Source: Acidimicrobiaceae bacterium
GTDB lineage: Bacteria > Actinomycetota > Acidimicrobiia > Acidimicrobiales > UBA8592
Reading direction: 5' to 3'
Assembly (NCBI GenBank): GCA_002715405.1
Contig: PAZD01000015.1
Coordinates: 10,233-48,238, forward strand
Length of the DNA: 38,006 nucleotides
Shown: piece after piece, positions 18,500 to 27,621 of the stretch
Position numbering within the stretch: position 1 is the stretch's first letter
Layout: each line of letters begins with the position of its first letter
Position numbers and translations under genes: made by a program
Notes under the pieces: model-generated
The model's input: the letters and a program-made list of their open reading frames with translations, nothing else
Databases searched by the model: none
Told to the model about the DNA's origin: nothing

Positions 18500-19030
18500 A
18501 TGCGCATCGTATCTGGCATCGCAAAGGGAAGAAAGATTCTCTCTCCTCTCGCACAAGATGTCCGTCCTACAAAGGATCGAGTCCGAGAAGCGATATTTAA
18601 TTCTCTGAAAAGTTTCGAACTGATTGACGGACGTCACTTCGTTGATCTGTTTGCAGGATCTGGCGCACTAGGAATTGAGGCATTGTCACGCGGAGCAGAG
18701 AGAGTAACCTTCGTCGACCATCAAAAAGCATGCATTGATATCATTCGGACAAATGTTGAAAATTTAGGTTTTGGAGAATTGGCGGAGGTACGTCATGCAG
18801 ATTATCTTCAAGAGCTTCAAAATGTATCCAAGGGGGATGTCGTCCTTCTCGACCCTCCTTATGACTTTGGTGACTGGGAACTTCTTCTAGGGTCAATAAA
18901 ATCCGAAACCGTGGTGATCGAGTCCAATCAAGAAATTGTCCTTTCAGGAGAATGGAAACAGATTAAGTCAAAAAGGTATGGTTCAACTTTTGTAGTTATT
19001 GCAGTGCAAGTGGAGTTGGAAGATCTGTAA
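18500..19030 (+). CDS. rsmD: 16S rRNA m2G966 methyltransferase RsmD
   Basis: MRIVSG..KGR, RPTKDRVREAIFN, DLFAGSGALGIEALSRGA, DPPY; start moved to ATG 18500. Confidence 0.95.
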   Translation: MRIVSGIAKGRKILSPLAQDVRPTKDRVREAIFNSLKSFELIDGRHFVDLFAGSGALGIEALSRGAERVTFVDHQKACIDIIRTNVENLGFGELAEVRHADYLQELQNVSKGDVVLLDPPYDFGDWELLLGSIKSETVVIESNQEIVLSGEWKQIKSKRYGSTFVVIAVQVELEDL

Positions 19031-19144
19031 AAAAATCAGAAATTTAGCCAACTGTTGCCAATGCAACACTTGAGAAGACAGGCTTCCAGCGTTCACTTTG
19101 AAGCCTTTCGAAGCGTTACTGAAATACTCGGTTAGAATGATCGT

Positions 19145-19612
19145 ATGGCGATAGCAATGTATCCCGGTTCCTTTGACCCGCTTCACCATGGCCATGTTCA
19201 TGTCGTAGAAGTGGCATCTCAGATATTTGAGAAGGTCTACGTGGCTGCTATGTACAATCCGGCAAAAGAAGGGTTTCTTCCACTTGAGAAGAGGGAAAAC
19301 CTTTTAGAAATGTGTTTCTCGCACCTCGACAACGTATCGACTATGAGTTCCTCAGGTTTAGTTGTAGAAGCTGCTCAAAATGTTTCTGCTTCTCACCTCG
19401 TAAAAGGTATTCGAGGTCCAGCAGATCTAGAGAATGAAATACAGATGGCCCAAACCAACAAAACAGTTTCTGGGGTCCAGACCTTATTTATCCCTGCTGA
19501 TCCACAACACTCGTTTCTTTCGAGTAGGTTTATTCGCGAGATTGCATCGCAAGGGGGGGACATTACAAGCTTGGTTCCAACAGCGGTTGCAGATTATTTG
19601 TCCGGAGGGTAA
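19145..19612 (+). CDS. coaD: Phosphopantetheine adenylyltransferase
   Basis: YPGSFDPLHHGH (HxGH), VKGIR, FLSSR; follows rsmD. Confidence 0.95.
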   Translation: MAIAMYPGSFDPLHHGHVHVVEVASQIFEKVYVAAMYNPAKEGFLPLEKRENLLEMCFSHLDNVSTMSSSGLVVEAAQNVSASHLVKGIRGPADLENEIQMAQTNKTVSGVQTLFIPADPQHSFLSSRFIREIASQGGDITSLVPTAVADYLSGG

Positions 19613-19617
19613 GACAA

Positions 19618-20235
19618 ATGAGTGATCCTAATGAACCAAATGTCGATGCTGAAGATGTTTTTGAACCCGTTACCCCATACGAAACTCCTGAGGTGGAGAG
19701 ACTTCTTCAAACTCTGATAGATCTCGTCGAAGCAGCTCGACCAGTTCCTCTTTCGGCTTCCTCGATGATAAATAAAGATGAAGTATCGGACATCCTAAAA
19801 GATATTTCTTTGCGACTGCCGGATGAAATTCGAGCGGCAAGATGGCTATTGAAACAAAGAGAAGACTTCCTAGCACGGACCCAAAGAGAGGGTGATGAAC
19901 TTATGGACCTAGCTCGAGCAAGAGCTGGCCAGATGGTTCAAAGGTCTGAAGTCGTCAAAGCAGCAGAAGTGCACGCACGACGCGTTGTTGAAGCAGCCGA
20001 AGATGAAGCTAGGCGATTGAAATTAGAAACTGAAGATTTCTGCGATCAGAGACTTGCAAGTTTTGAAGCTCTTCTAAATAAGACCATTCGAGTAGTCGCA
20101 GACGGAAGGGTTCGTTTACAGGGAGACCCTTTGGCAGACCTTACCTCCGCTCATCAGCCACAAGAACCCCCTGAACGTAATAGCGGACCAAATTTGTACG
20201 ATCAGGATGAAAGTGACAGTAGCCCCCAACTCTGA
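19618..20235 (+). CDS. Coiled-coil protein, SepIVA/DivIVA-like actinobacterial family
   Basis: VEAARPVPLSAS...LPDEIRAARWLL followed by Ala/Glu/Arg heptads; conserved position between coaD and yceD. Confidence 0.7.
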   Translation: MSDPNEPNVDAEDVFEPVTPYETPEVERLLQTLIDLVEAARPVPLSASSMINKDEVSDILKDISLRLPDEIRAARWLLKQREDFLARTQREGDELMDLARARAGQMVQRSEVVKAAEVHARRVVEAAEDEARRLKLETEDFCDQRLASFEALLNKTIRVVADGRVRLQGDPLADLTSAHQPQEPPERNSGPNLYDQDESDSSPQL

Positions 20236-20749
20236 CTCACCTCTATGCTTAGATCTCCCGAAACTATTTCAAAAAACGGGGAGTGTGGCTCTAGCCGTTA
20301 ACTGGGATTTAGGTGATCTATCTACGAGCTATTCTCAAGCTCAACATCTAGGTGGTGAAATTAATGCTGAGACATCGGGAGAAAAAATAGTAATAACGGG
20401 AAAGCTCTCACTCGCATGGGAGGGGCCATGTCGAAGATGCCTCGAAATAACTGAAGGAGTCTCTGGCCTTCATATTTCAGAAATCTATGAAAAAAATGCA
20501 ACAGAGGGCGAGACGTTCGAGATTCCATCAACACAAACACTCGATCTGAAACCGATGTTGTATGAACAGGTCCTTCTTTCGTTGCCCTTGACTCCGCTTT
20601 GTTCTTCTGATTGTAAGGGCCCAATGCCAGAAGAATATCCAGCTAGCGCCATTAATGAGAGCGATGATGATGCCAATTCAGAAGATAGAATAGACCCGAG
20701 GTGGGAAGTTCTGGGCACTATGACATTTGACGAAAAGGAAGAAAACTAA
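20207..20749 (+). CDS. yceD: YceD / DUF177 family protein
   Basis: CRRCLE, LSLPLTPLCSSDCKG, DPRW; directly upstream of rpmF. Confidence 0.88.
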   Translation: MKVTVAPNSDSPLCLDLPKLFQKTGSVALAVNWDLGDLSTSYSQAQHLGGEINAETSGEKIVITGKLSLAWEGPCRRCLEITEGVSGLHISEIYEKNATEGETFEIPSTQTLDLKPMLYEQVLLSLPLTPLCSSDCKGPMPEEYPASAINESDDDANSEDRIDPRWEVLGTMTFDEKEEN

Positions 20750-20838
20750 AGAAACTGGCGTCTCATTGCTCCAAGAGATGAGAACATTCTCCAATTGACG
20801 CAACGGTTCGCTAATTTCTTCTGTAAATTGGACATACT

Positions 20839-21018
20839 ATGGCAGTTCCAAAAAAGAAAACATCGAAGTCGAAAACCAGAAGCCGGCGAAGCTCGGCTTG
20901 GAAGCTATCTGCATCCACTCTGAATAAATGCCCTCGATGTGGGTCAGCGCGCCGACCTCATCATGTATGCGGTAATTGTGGATGGTATAACGGGCGAGAA
21001 GCCATAGAAGTTTCCTAG
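20839..21018 (+). CDS. rpmF: 50S ribosomal protein L32 (Zn-binding form), not in the ORF track
   Basis: Hand translation: MAVPKKKTSKSKTRSRRSSAWKLSASTLNKCPRCGSARRPHHVCGNCGWYNGREAIEVS. Confidence 0.97.
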   Translation: MAVPKKKTSKSKTRSRRSSAWKLSASTLNKCPRCGSARRPHHVCGNCGWYNGREAIEVS

Positions 21019-21036
21019 GAACAGTAAAGTTCTCGC

Positions 21037-22035
21037 ATGGACCAAAATGCATTACCAGTAGCAGTAGATGCGATGGGTGGTGACAATGCACCGCATGAAA
21101 TAATCAAAGGAGCTGAACTCGCAATAGATGCTGGTATCCCGGTGATGCTTGTCGGCACTCCTGAGGCGCTATCCGAAGTTGACAATATCCCTGTTAGGTA
21201 CGCCTCAGAAGTCATAGGGATGGGAGAAGATCCTGCAACCTCTGTTCGCAAGAAAAAAGATTCCTCCCTAGTCCGATCTGCTGAAGCTGTTCGAGATGGT
21301 GATGCCATAGCGATGATCAGCGCTGGTAACACAGGAGCGATAATGGCTTCAGCATTATTGAAGATAGGGAGAATACGGGGCGTTTCACGTCCTGCAGTCG
21401 CTACACCAATTCCTGTTCCTGGTGGGGGAAAGCCAAACATCCTCTTAGATTCTGGAGCGAATGCCGAATGTAACCCAGAATGGCTGGTCCAGTTTGCTGA
21501 GATGGGTGCCGTATATGCAAGGGATAGGTTCGATATTAAGAAACCGAGAATAGGTTTGCTCTCAATCGGGGAAGAGCCAGGGAAAGGTTCTCCGTTGGTA
21601 AAAGATGCATACGGACTTCTGAGTGACCCGAGTTGGCAGGAACGATGTGCCGGAGAGTTTGTAGGTAATGTTGAGGGAAGAGACCTCATGAGTCAAGATG
21701 TTGATGTAATTGTTACCGACGGATTTACCGGAAATGTTGCATTAAAGACTGTTGAAGGGACTGCGAAATCTATCGTTGGGGCCCTATTGGAAGTATTCTC
21801 CTCTTCAGCGGAAGCTCAAGAAGGTGTTAAATTGCTCACCCCAGCGCTTCTTCCACTTTACGAAACACTTGACCCTGAATCTGTAGGAGGAGCAATACTG
21901 CTTGGAATCAAAGGAGTTTCTATGGTTAGCCATGGCTCCTCAAAAGCGAAAGCAATCTTTAATGCAATTTCAACAGCGTTTGAGCTTTCTTCAGATGAGC
22001 ATGTTCAACATTTGGAACAAGTAATCAAACAATAG
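21037..22035 (+). CDS. plsX: Phosphate acyltransferase PlsX
   Basis: VDAMGGDNAP, SAGNTGA, RPA, LDSGAN, IGEEPGKG, GNVEGRD, TDGFTGNVALK, SHGSS. Confidence 0.96.
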   Translation: MDQNALPVAVDAMGGDNAPHEIIKGAELAIDAGIPVMLVGTPEALSEVDNIPVRYASEVIGMGEDPATSVRKKKDSSLVRSAEAVRDGDAIAMISAGNTGAIMASALLKIGRIRGVSRPAVATPIPVPGGGKPNILLDSGANAECNPEWLVQFAEMGAVYARDRFDIKKPRIGLLSIGEEPGKGSPLVKDAYGLLSDPSWQERCAGEFVGNVEGRDLMSQDVDVIVTDGFTGNVALKTVEGTAKSIVGALLEVFSSSAEAQEGVKLLTPALLPLYETLDPESVGGAILLGIKGVSMVSHGSSKAKAIFNAISTAFELSSDEHVQHLEQVIKQ

Positions 22036-22112
22036 AAATTTCTTAATCGGAGCACTCCACGAAACAAGATCTATCGCTAGAATCAACTCTAATCTGAGAT
22101 CGGAGTGCAACT

Positions 22113-22403
22113 ATGCCAGCAGAAACACATATGCAAGGAGGCCCATTGGGCCGCGATGAGATATTGAAGCTAGTCACTGACCGACTCGCAGAGATCCTTG
22201 AGGTTGATCCTACCTCCATTAACGAAAGTGATTCTTTCCGAGAAGACCTTGACGCAGACTCCCTTGCCTTAATCGAATTAATTGAAGCGATCGAAGAAGA
22301 ACTTTCTGACCGATCCATCGATTTTAGGATTGATGACGAAGATCTTGAAGATTTAAAGAGCGTCCGAGACGCTGTTGATTATGTCAACTTGCGGTTAGGT
22401 TGA
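22113..22403 (+). CDS. acpP: Acyl carrier protein
   Basis: Acidic protein with DLDADSLALIEL (phosphopantetheine Ser in DSL); located between plsX and rnc. Confidence 0.93.
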   Translation: MPAETHMQGGPLGRDEILKLVTDRLAEILEVDPTSINESDSFREDLDADSLALIELIEAIEEELSDRSIDFRIDDEDLEDLKSVRDAVDYVNLRLG

Positions 22404-22410
22404 AGCTAAT

Positions 22411-23124
22411 TTGCCGCTCGATGAGTTAGAGAAATTATCCGCCCACCTAGGATACCGATTCGCAAATGCGGAGTTGTTGCAGGCGGCCTTAACGCACAGT
22501 TCATGGTGTGCGGAAAACAAAGGTACTGTCTCAAACGAACGTTTAGAATTTTTGGGTGATGCTGTGCTCGGGATGGCAGTAACACGACATATCTATGACC
22601 AATACCCAGAATTGTCAGAAGGCAAACTCAGCCAATTACGCGCACTAGTAGTCAGTTCTGGGAGCCTTTCTCAGTTAGCTGAGGAATTGGGTGTTGGATC
22701 CAATCTTCTTTTGGGAAAGGGGCAAATTACGCCTGATGAAGCTATACCCCCATCGATACTTGAAGATGCAATGGAAGCGATCATAGGGGCAGTCTTTCTA
22801 GATGGGGGTTGGGAAGAGTCTGCTTCACTTGTCGTTCGGTTACTAGGAGATCAAATCGAAACAAATTCGAGACGAAATAACGAAGATTTCAAAAGCCGTT
22901 TGCAAGCTTTAGCTGGGCAGAGGTTTTCAGCTGCACCAGAGTATTTAATTACCAGTGAAGGCCCAGCTCACGAGAAACGATTTTTTGTAGATGTTTCGAT
23001 CAACGGAAAAACTCTTGGCCATGGTGAAGGAAGAAGCAAAAAAGAGGCTATGCAATTCGCCGCCGAACAAGCGTTGGGACACTTCATGGATGAAGAGCAA
23101 CTCAACAACGATATGATGCGGTAA
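22411..23124 (+). CDS. rnc: Ribonuclease III
   Basis: ALTHSS, NERLEFLGDAVL, DAMEAIIGA, dsRBD with FKSRLQ...GPAHEKRF...GRSKKEA. Confidence 0.97.
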   Translation: MPLDELEKLSAHLGYRFANAELLQAALTHSSWCAENKGTVSNERLEFLGDAVLGMAVTRHIYDQYPELSEGKLSQLRALVVSSGSLSQLAEELGVGSNLLLGKGQITPDEAIPPSILEDAMEAIIGAVFLDGGWEESASLVVRLLGDQIETNSRRNNEDFKSRLQALAGQRFSAAPEYLITSEGPAHEKRFFVDVSINGKTLGHGEGRSKKEAMQFAAEQALGHFMDEEQLNNDMMR

Positions 23125-23146
23125 TTAAACATTCCAAAAGGAAATA

Positions 23147-23983
23147 ATGATCGAACTTCCTGAAGTTGAAACTATTCGAAGAGACCTAGACAGGGATTGT
23201 GTAGGAAAAAAAGTTAAGAATATCGAGGTGAAAATAGCTCGAATTGCCGGTGGATCAGCCAATAAATCTTCGATCGAAAAAAGCTTTGATCAGGAAAAGG
23301 TCATCTCAGTCCGGAGAATTGGCATGTTGACCTGCTTTGATTTCTCAAATGAATTGAGTTTACTTTTTGGTCTTGGTACGGGTGGGCAAATGCTGAGAGT
23401 TCCAAACAAGGAAGAGACAAACTCCCGAACAGGTGTAATAGTCTCATTTACTCAACAAGGCCAGCTTAGGCTTATCGATAATAATGCCGATGCAAACATC
23501 TCATGCCATGAAACAGAAAACATATTAGAGGATCGACCGGAACTTTTAGAATTGGGCATAGACCCAATCGAGAATCCCGTGACCTGGGGTGAATTTGCTT
23601 ACCGCTTGCACTCACACAAACTTAAACTTAAAACGCTTTTGACAGATCAGACGTTCCTTATTGGGATAGGGCCGATGTATGCCGATGAAATCCTATTCGA
23701 AGCTGGACTTCGTTATGACAGGTTCTCAGACTCCTTGACTACGAACGAAGTCCGACGACTCTGGCAAGCCATGGTTCAGACTCTTTACGATGCGGTGAAA
23801 TATGGAGGTTCCAGCATCGAGGGAAGTTTCTTTGTCGGAATAAACGGGCAGGAAGGCTCATATCAAGACCACCATTCTGTCTATGGAAAGCATGGTGAAT
23901 TAAGTCCACGATCTAGAAAACCTATCGCCAGATCAAAATTTGGCGGTGAGTGGACTTACTATTGTGAGCAGAGTCAGGTCTGA
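23147..23983 (+). CDS. MutM/Fpg-family DNA glycosylase homolog with degenerate catalytic and Zn-finger residues
   Basis: xELPEVET N-terminus, LGIDP, H2TH motif K.LL.DQ....GIG..YADEILF.AG, VYG..G; occupies the rnc-mutM-smc position. Begins MIELPE rather than MPELPE. Confidence 0.85.
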   Translation: MIELPEVETIRRDLDRDCVGKKVKNIEVKIARIAGGSANKSSIEKSFDQEKVISVRRIGMLTCFDFSNELSLLFGLGTGGQMLRVPNKEETNSRTGVIVSFTQQGQLRLIDNNADANISCHETENILEDRPELLELGIDPIENPVTWGEFAYRLHSHKLKLKTLLTDQTFLIGIGPMYADEILFEAGLRYDRFSDSLTTNEVRRLWQAMVQTLYDAVKYGGSSIEGSFFVGINGQEGSYQDHHSVYGKHGELSPRSRKPIARSKFGGEWTYYCEQSQV

Positions 23984-24043
23984 TTTAGGAAAAAATAAAG
24001 TTACAAACGTGTAATTTGTTGCTGAAGCGACTATGTTCGCCCT

Positions 24044-27000
24044 GTGTTCCTGAAATCGATGACCTTAAAGGGATTTAAGTCCTTTGCTGATTCTACTATT
24101 CTAGATTTTGAGCCAGGAGTGGCCGTAGTCGTAGGCCCGAACGGTAGTGGGAAGTCAAATGTTGTTGACGCAATTGCGTGGGTCCTTGGTGCTCAAGCTC
24201 CAGCTGCAGTTCGTTCTCAGAAAATGGACGATGTTATTTTTGCTGGAACTGCGAAAAGAGCTGCCTTAGGGCGAGCTGAGGTTGCTCTAACGATTGATAA
24301 CTCCGCAAGAATGCTTCCGATTGATTTCGAGGAAGTGACGATAAAAAGAACACTTTTTAGAGATGGAGAGAGTGAATATGCAATGAATGAAGTTCCATGC
24401 AGGCTCATGGATATTCAAGAGTTGCTAAGCGATACCGGGGTGGGGCGCCATCAACACGTAATCGTTTCTCAAGGCCAGATAGATGCAGTGCTTAATGCAA
24501 AACCCGAAGAACGTCGAGCGATCATAGAAGAAGCCGCTGGGATCCTTAAGTATCGTCGGAGAAAGGAGAAGTCTCAGAGGCGATTGAAGGCTTCAGAAGA
24601 GAATCTCACACGACTACAAGACTTGGTTCGCGAAGTCAAACGGCAGCTGAAACCTTTAGAACGACAGGCTGAAGCTGCTCGTACTCATGGAACATTGGCT
24701 ACCGAGCTAAGTACTTTGCAGATACACCTCGTTGGGAGGGAAATAGCGGCACTGCGCGAAGCGATCCGAGCTATCCAAGCTGGTAGGCAAGAGCAAAATG
24801 AATCAGAAAAAAGTATCCGTTCAGAACTGAGTCTTCTTGATTCGCAGATTGAATCAGCCGAAGAGCAATTAGCTTCAACAGGAACTGGAGAAGCCGGCGA
24901 TCAGCTTGCACATGTCGAAGGTTTACGTGAGCGCGCCAGAGGACTTAAGGCGTTGTTAACAGAGCGGATAAGCGGACTGCAGCGTGACCTTGATCGACGT
25001 CTTGACGGGGGCGTTGTAGAAACGTTGGAAGCTGAATCAGCCAGACTCCAAAAAGAACTTCAAGAAACTCATGAAAGAACTAAATTTCTTGAGCCTTCAA
25101 CATTAGAAGTAGCGGAAGCAGAAAAGAACCTAAAGGAAGAAAGGCTCGAGTTTCAACAGAAACTTTTTGAAGATATTTCACCTCATGGAGTTGAAGCAGC
25201 TGAAGCACGAGGCAAATTAACGGCAATTAAGAGTTCTATCGAAATGATAGGGATTACACGATTGCAATTGCAGGAGAGAATTGCTGCTATCAACAAAAAT
25301 GAAAGCGATAGTAATCAGCTTTTAGGTGAACTCCAAGACAAAATGTTAACGCTCAATACTGAGATAAATACTCTTAATACAGAGATCGAGTCTCATATCG
25401 AATCAGTGCTTTTGGCTGAATCAGAAGAGAAGAACACTGAGAAGCTTCTGGCTGAGGCCAGATTAGAAAGCAAGGCATGGGTTTCTAGGGCAGATGCCTT
25501 ATCCGAAGCGCTCGATCAAGTAAGAAAATCCAGTGGTGTTGAGGAGCTATCTGACTTAGAAGGTGTTATTGGAACCCTTTTGGAACTTATTGAAATCGAC
25601 GATGGTTGGGAAGCAGCTTTTGAAGCAGCTGTTGGCCAAAGTATCGCCTCAGTTGTTGTTAGAGATCTACAAACAGCCAAAAAGGCATTGGAGTCTCTCC
25701 GAGCCGGAGATTTCGCCGGTGGAGTCCTTGCTGTGGATTCACTCACTAAGCCAGACAAGATTGGAACTTTACGGCCTCACATTCATACAGGAACACCATC
25801 TGTCGGGGTTCTCCTCGATGTGTTAATAGGGAGTGTGGACGTAGCAGATGATTGGAGAACTGGCGTTGCTATGGCCTCATCAAATCCTCTTGGTGTTTAT
25901 GTAACAAAGGATGGTGATAGGTTTGCTTCTGATGGCTGGCGCGTGGGGACTGATGGTTCAGCTGCTACCGGAAGCGCTTTGGAGGAAGCGCTGAGTCAAT
26001 CTGAAAAGGCTATTACTGGGGTTCGACAATTAGAAATAACACAAAATGAATGCAGGCGCATACGAAAAGATGCTGAGAGCGCGCTAGGAAACCGCCGAAA
26101 CCGATTACTCGAGACACAAAGAGATTATGACGAGATAAAGGATGCTTTTTCTCGGACAGAAAGCGATCTGCGAGCATTACGAGTAGAGGTCGAAGGGTTG
26201 GAGCTGCAGGAAGCCACTGCGAATACAACACTCCAAGAACATCTTCAAATCCAAGAAGAGATTCTTGGAGTATTACCAGAATTAGAATTAAATGAGACCG
26301 ATGTCCTTGAAAGAAGTAAAGAAGCTGAAAAGGCAGGCCAAGAATTAGATCGCAAAGCAGCTGAATTAGGTGAACGGCGGACTGAGATTGAAACCCAGAT
26401 AGCCGCTAATAAAGAAAGAAAGCAATTTATTGAGCATCGGCTAGCAGACCTAAATGAACGGCTTGAGGGCTATGCTATCGAGCGATCTCAGGCAACTGAA
26501 CGAAGATTACGGCTAGAAAAAAAGCTTCGATTAGCGGAAGTCCTTCGAAAAATAGTTGAAGAAAAGTCCGAAGCAGTTGAGCTCGAATTACTTGAACTCC
26601 GGCGTATACGTCAGGAACAATCTGCAGCGGCTCAGGCGGCAATAGGGCAGTTAGATAAGTTCCGAAAGGCACGTAGTGAATTAGAAACCCGTTTAACTAA
26701 GATTCGCGAAGAACTTCATCGTTCAGAACTCAAAGAGGCTGAATCATCGCTCAAATTAGAAGCCGCAGTTGATGGTCTACGAAGAGACTTCGATTGTGAG
26801 CCGGGTGTTGCAGTCAATACGGGGTGCCCTCCGCTTGAAGGGGTGACCGCGAAGGCGCGGGTAAGAGAGCTTGAACGAGAATTGAAGATTATGGGTCCTG
26901 TTAATCCGCTAGCGCTTGAAGAGTATGAAGCGTTAAATAGTCGATATGAATTCCTAATTGAGCAGTTAGACGATGTAAAAGAATCCAGACGAGAACTCAA

Positions 27001-27529
27001 TAAGGTAATTCGAGCTATAGACAAGGAAATCGTTGCAGTCTTTAGTTCGGCCTTCTCCGATGTCGCAACCAATTTTGAAACATTATTTTCTTCTCTTTTC
27101 CCTGGCGGTATTGGCAGTTTGAAATTAACTGAGCCAAACAAGCTTCTCGAAACGGGTATCGAAATCGAAGCAAAGCCTTCGGGTAAAAATGTTAAAAAAC
27201 TTTCACTCTTGTCTGGTGGTGAACGTTCGCTTACATCCTTGGCTTTTCTTTTCTCGATCTTTCGGAGTCGGCCATCACCTTTTTATGTCTTGGACGAAGT
27301 CGAAGCCGCCCTCGATGATGTCAACCTTCAGCGATTCCTTCATCTTATTCGAGAGTTCAGAGACGAAGCTCAGCTAATAATTGTTAGCCATCAGAAGCGT
27401 ACTATGGAAGCAGCAGACTGCGTTTATGGGGTCACGATGAAACCAGGTGGATCGACAAAGGTATTAAGTGAGAAACCTGCTCAGGAACCTCCTTTGATTG
27501 AAGCTCGGAAAGAAATCTCAGTTCAATAA
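24044..27529 (+). CDS. smc: Chromosome segregation protein SMC
   Basis: GFKSFA, VGPNGSGKSN, MDDVIF, coiled coils and hinge, LSGGERS, LDEVEAALD, VSHQK. Confidence 0.97.
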   Translation: MFLKSMTLKGFKSFADSTILDFEPGVAVVVGPNGSGKSNVVDAIAWVLGAQAPAAVRSQKMDDVIFAGTAKRAALGRAEVALTIDNSARMLPIDFEEVTIKRTLFRDGESEYAMNEVPCRLMDIQELLSDTGVGRHQHVIVSQGQIDAVLNAKPEERRAIIEEAAGILKYRRRKEKSQRRLKASEENLTRLQDLVREVKRQLKPLERQAEAARTHGTLATELSTLQIHLVGREIAALREAIRAIQAGRQEQNESEKSIRSELSLLDSQIESAEEQLASTGTGEAGDQLAHVEGLRERARGLKALLTERISGLQRDLDRRLDGGVVETLEAESARLQKELQETHERTKFLEPSTLEVAEAEKNLKEERLEFQQKLFEDISPHGVEAAEARGKLTAIKSSIEMIGITRLQLQERIAAINKNESDSNQLLGELQDKMLTLNTEINTLNTEIESHIESVLLAESEEKNTEKLLAEARLESKAWVSRADALSEALDQVRKSSGVEELSDLEGVIGTLLELIEIDDGWEAAFEAAVGQSIASVVVRDLQTAKKALESLRAGDFAGGVLAVDSLTKPDKIGTLRPHIHTGTPSVGVLLDVLIGSVDVADDWRTGVAMASSNPLGVYVTKDGDRFASDGWRVGTDGSAATGSALEEALSQSEKAITGVRQLEITQNECRRIRKDAESALGNRRNRLLETQRDYDEIKDAFSRTESDLRALRVEVEGLELQEATANTTLQEHLQIQEEILGVLPELELNETDVLERSKEAEKAGQELDRKAAELGERRTEIETQIAANKERKQFIEHRLADLNERLEGYAIERSQATERRLRLEKKLRLAEVLRKIVEEKSEAVELELLELRRIRQEQSAAAQAAIGQLDKFRKARSELETRLTKIREELHRSELKEAESSLKLEAAVDGLRRDFDCEPGVAVNTGCPPLEGVTAKARVRELERELKIMGPVNPLALEEYEALNSRYEFLIEQLDDVKESRRELNKVIRAIDKEIVAVFSSAFSDVATNFETLFSSLFPGGIGSLKLTEPNKLLETGIEIEAKPSGKNVKKLSLLSGGERSLTSLAFLFSIFRSRPSPFYVLDEVEAALDDVNLQRFLHLIREFRDEAQLIIVSHQKRTMEAADCVYGVTMKPGGSTKVLSEKPAQEPPLIEARKEISVQ

Positions 27530-27621
27530 CGTCTAACGCTATTTTTGAAGTCAAAAACCGTCTACCAGCTTGCTCTCTACCCATAGATAGGCATGTAGAA
27601 TAGGAGAAGCCGAGCTAGATA

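Noticed and set aside
18307-18600. 97-aa plus-strand ORF from the track
   Set aside because: It overlaps rsmD out of frame and is the antisense shadow of the more protein-like zinc-ribbon ORF.
20837-21689. Minus-strand ORFs of 84 and 224 aa, and similar Ser-rich antisense ORFs elsewhere (e.g. 14625, 26716, 28821)
   Set aside because: They are reverse-frame shadows of conserved genes with no motifs or start signals.
25349-25387. TLNTEIN-TLNTEI tandem duplication in SMC
   Set aside because: A single in-frame heptad duplication with synonymous divergence, which is ordinary coiled-coil evolution.
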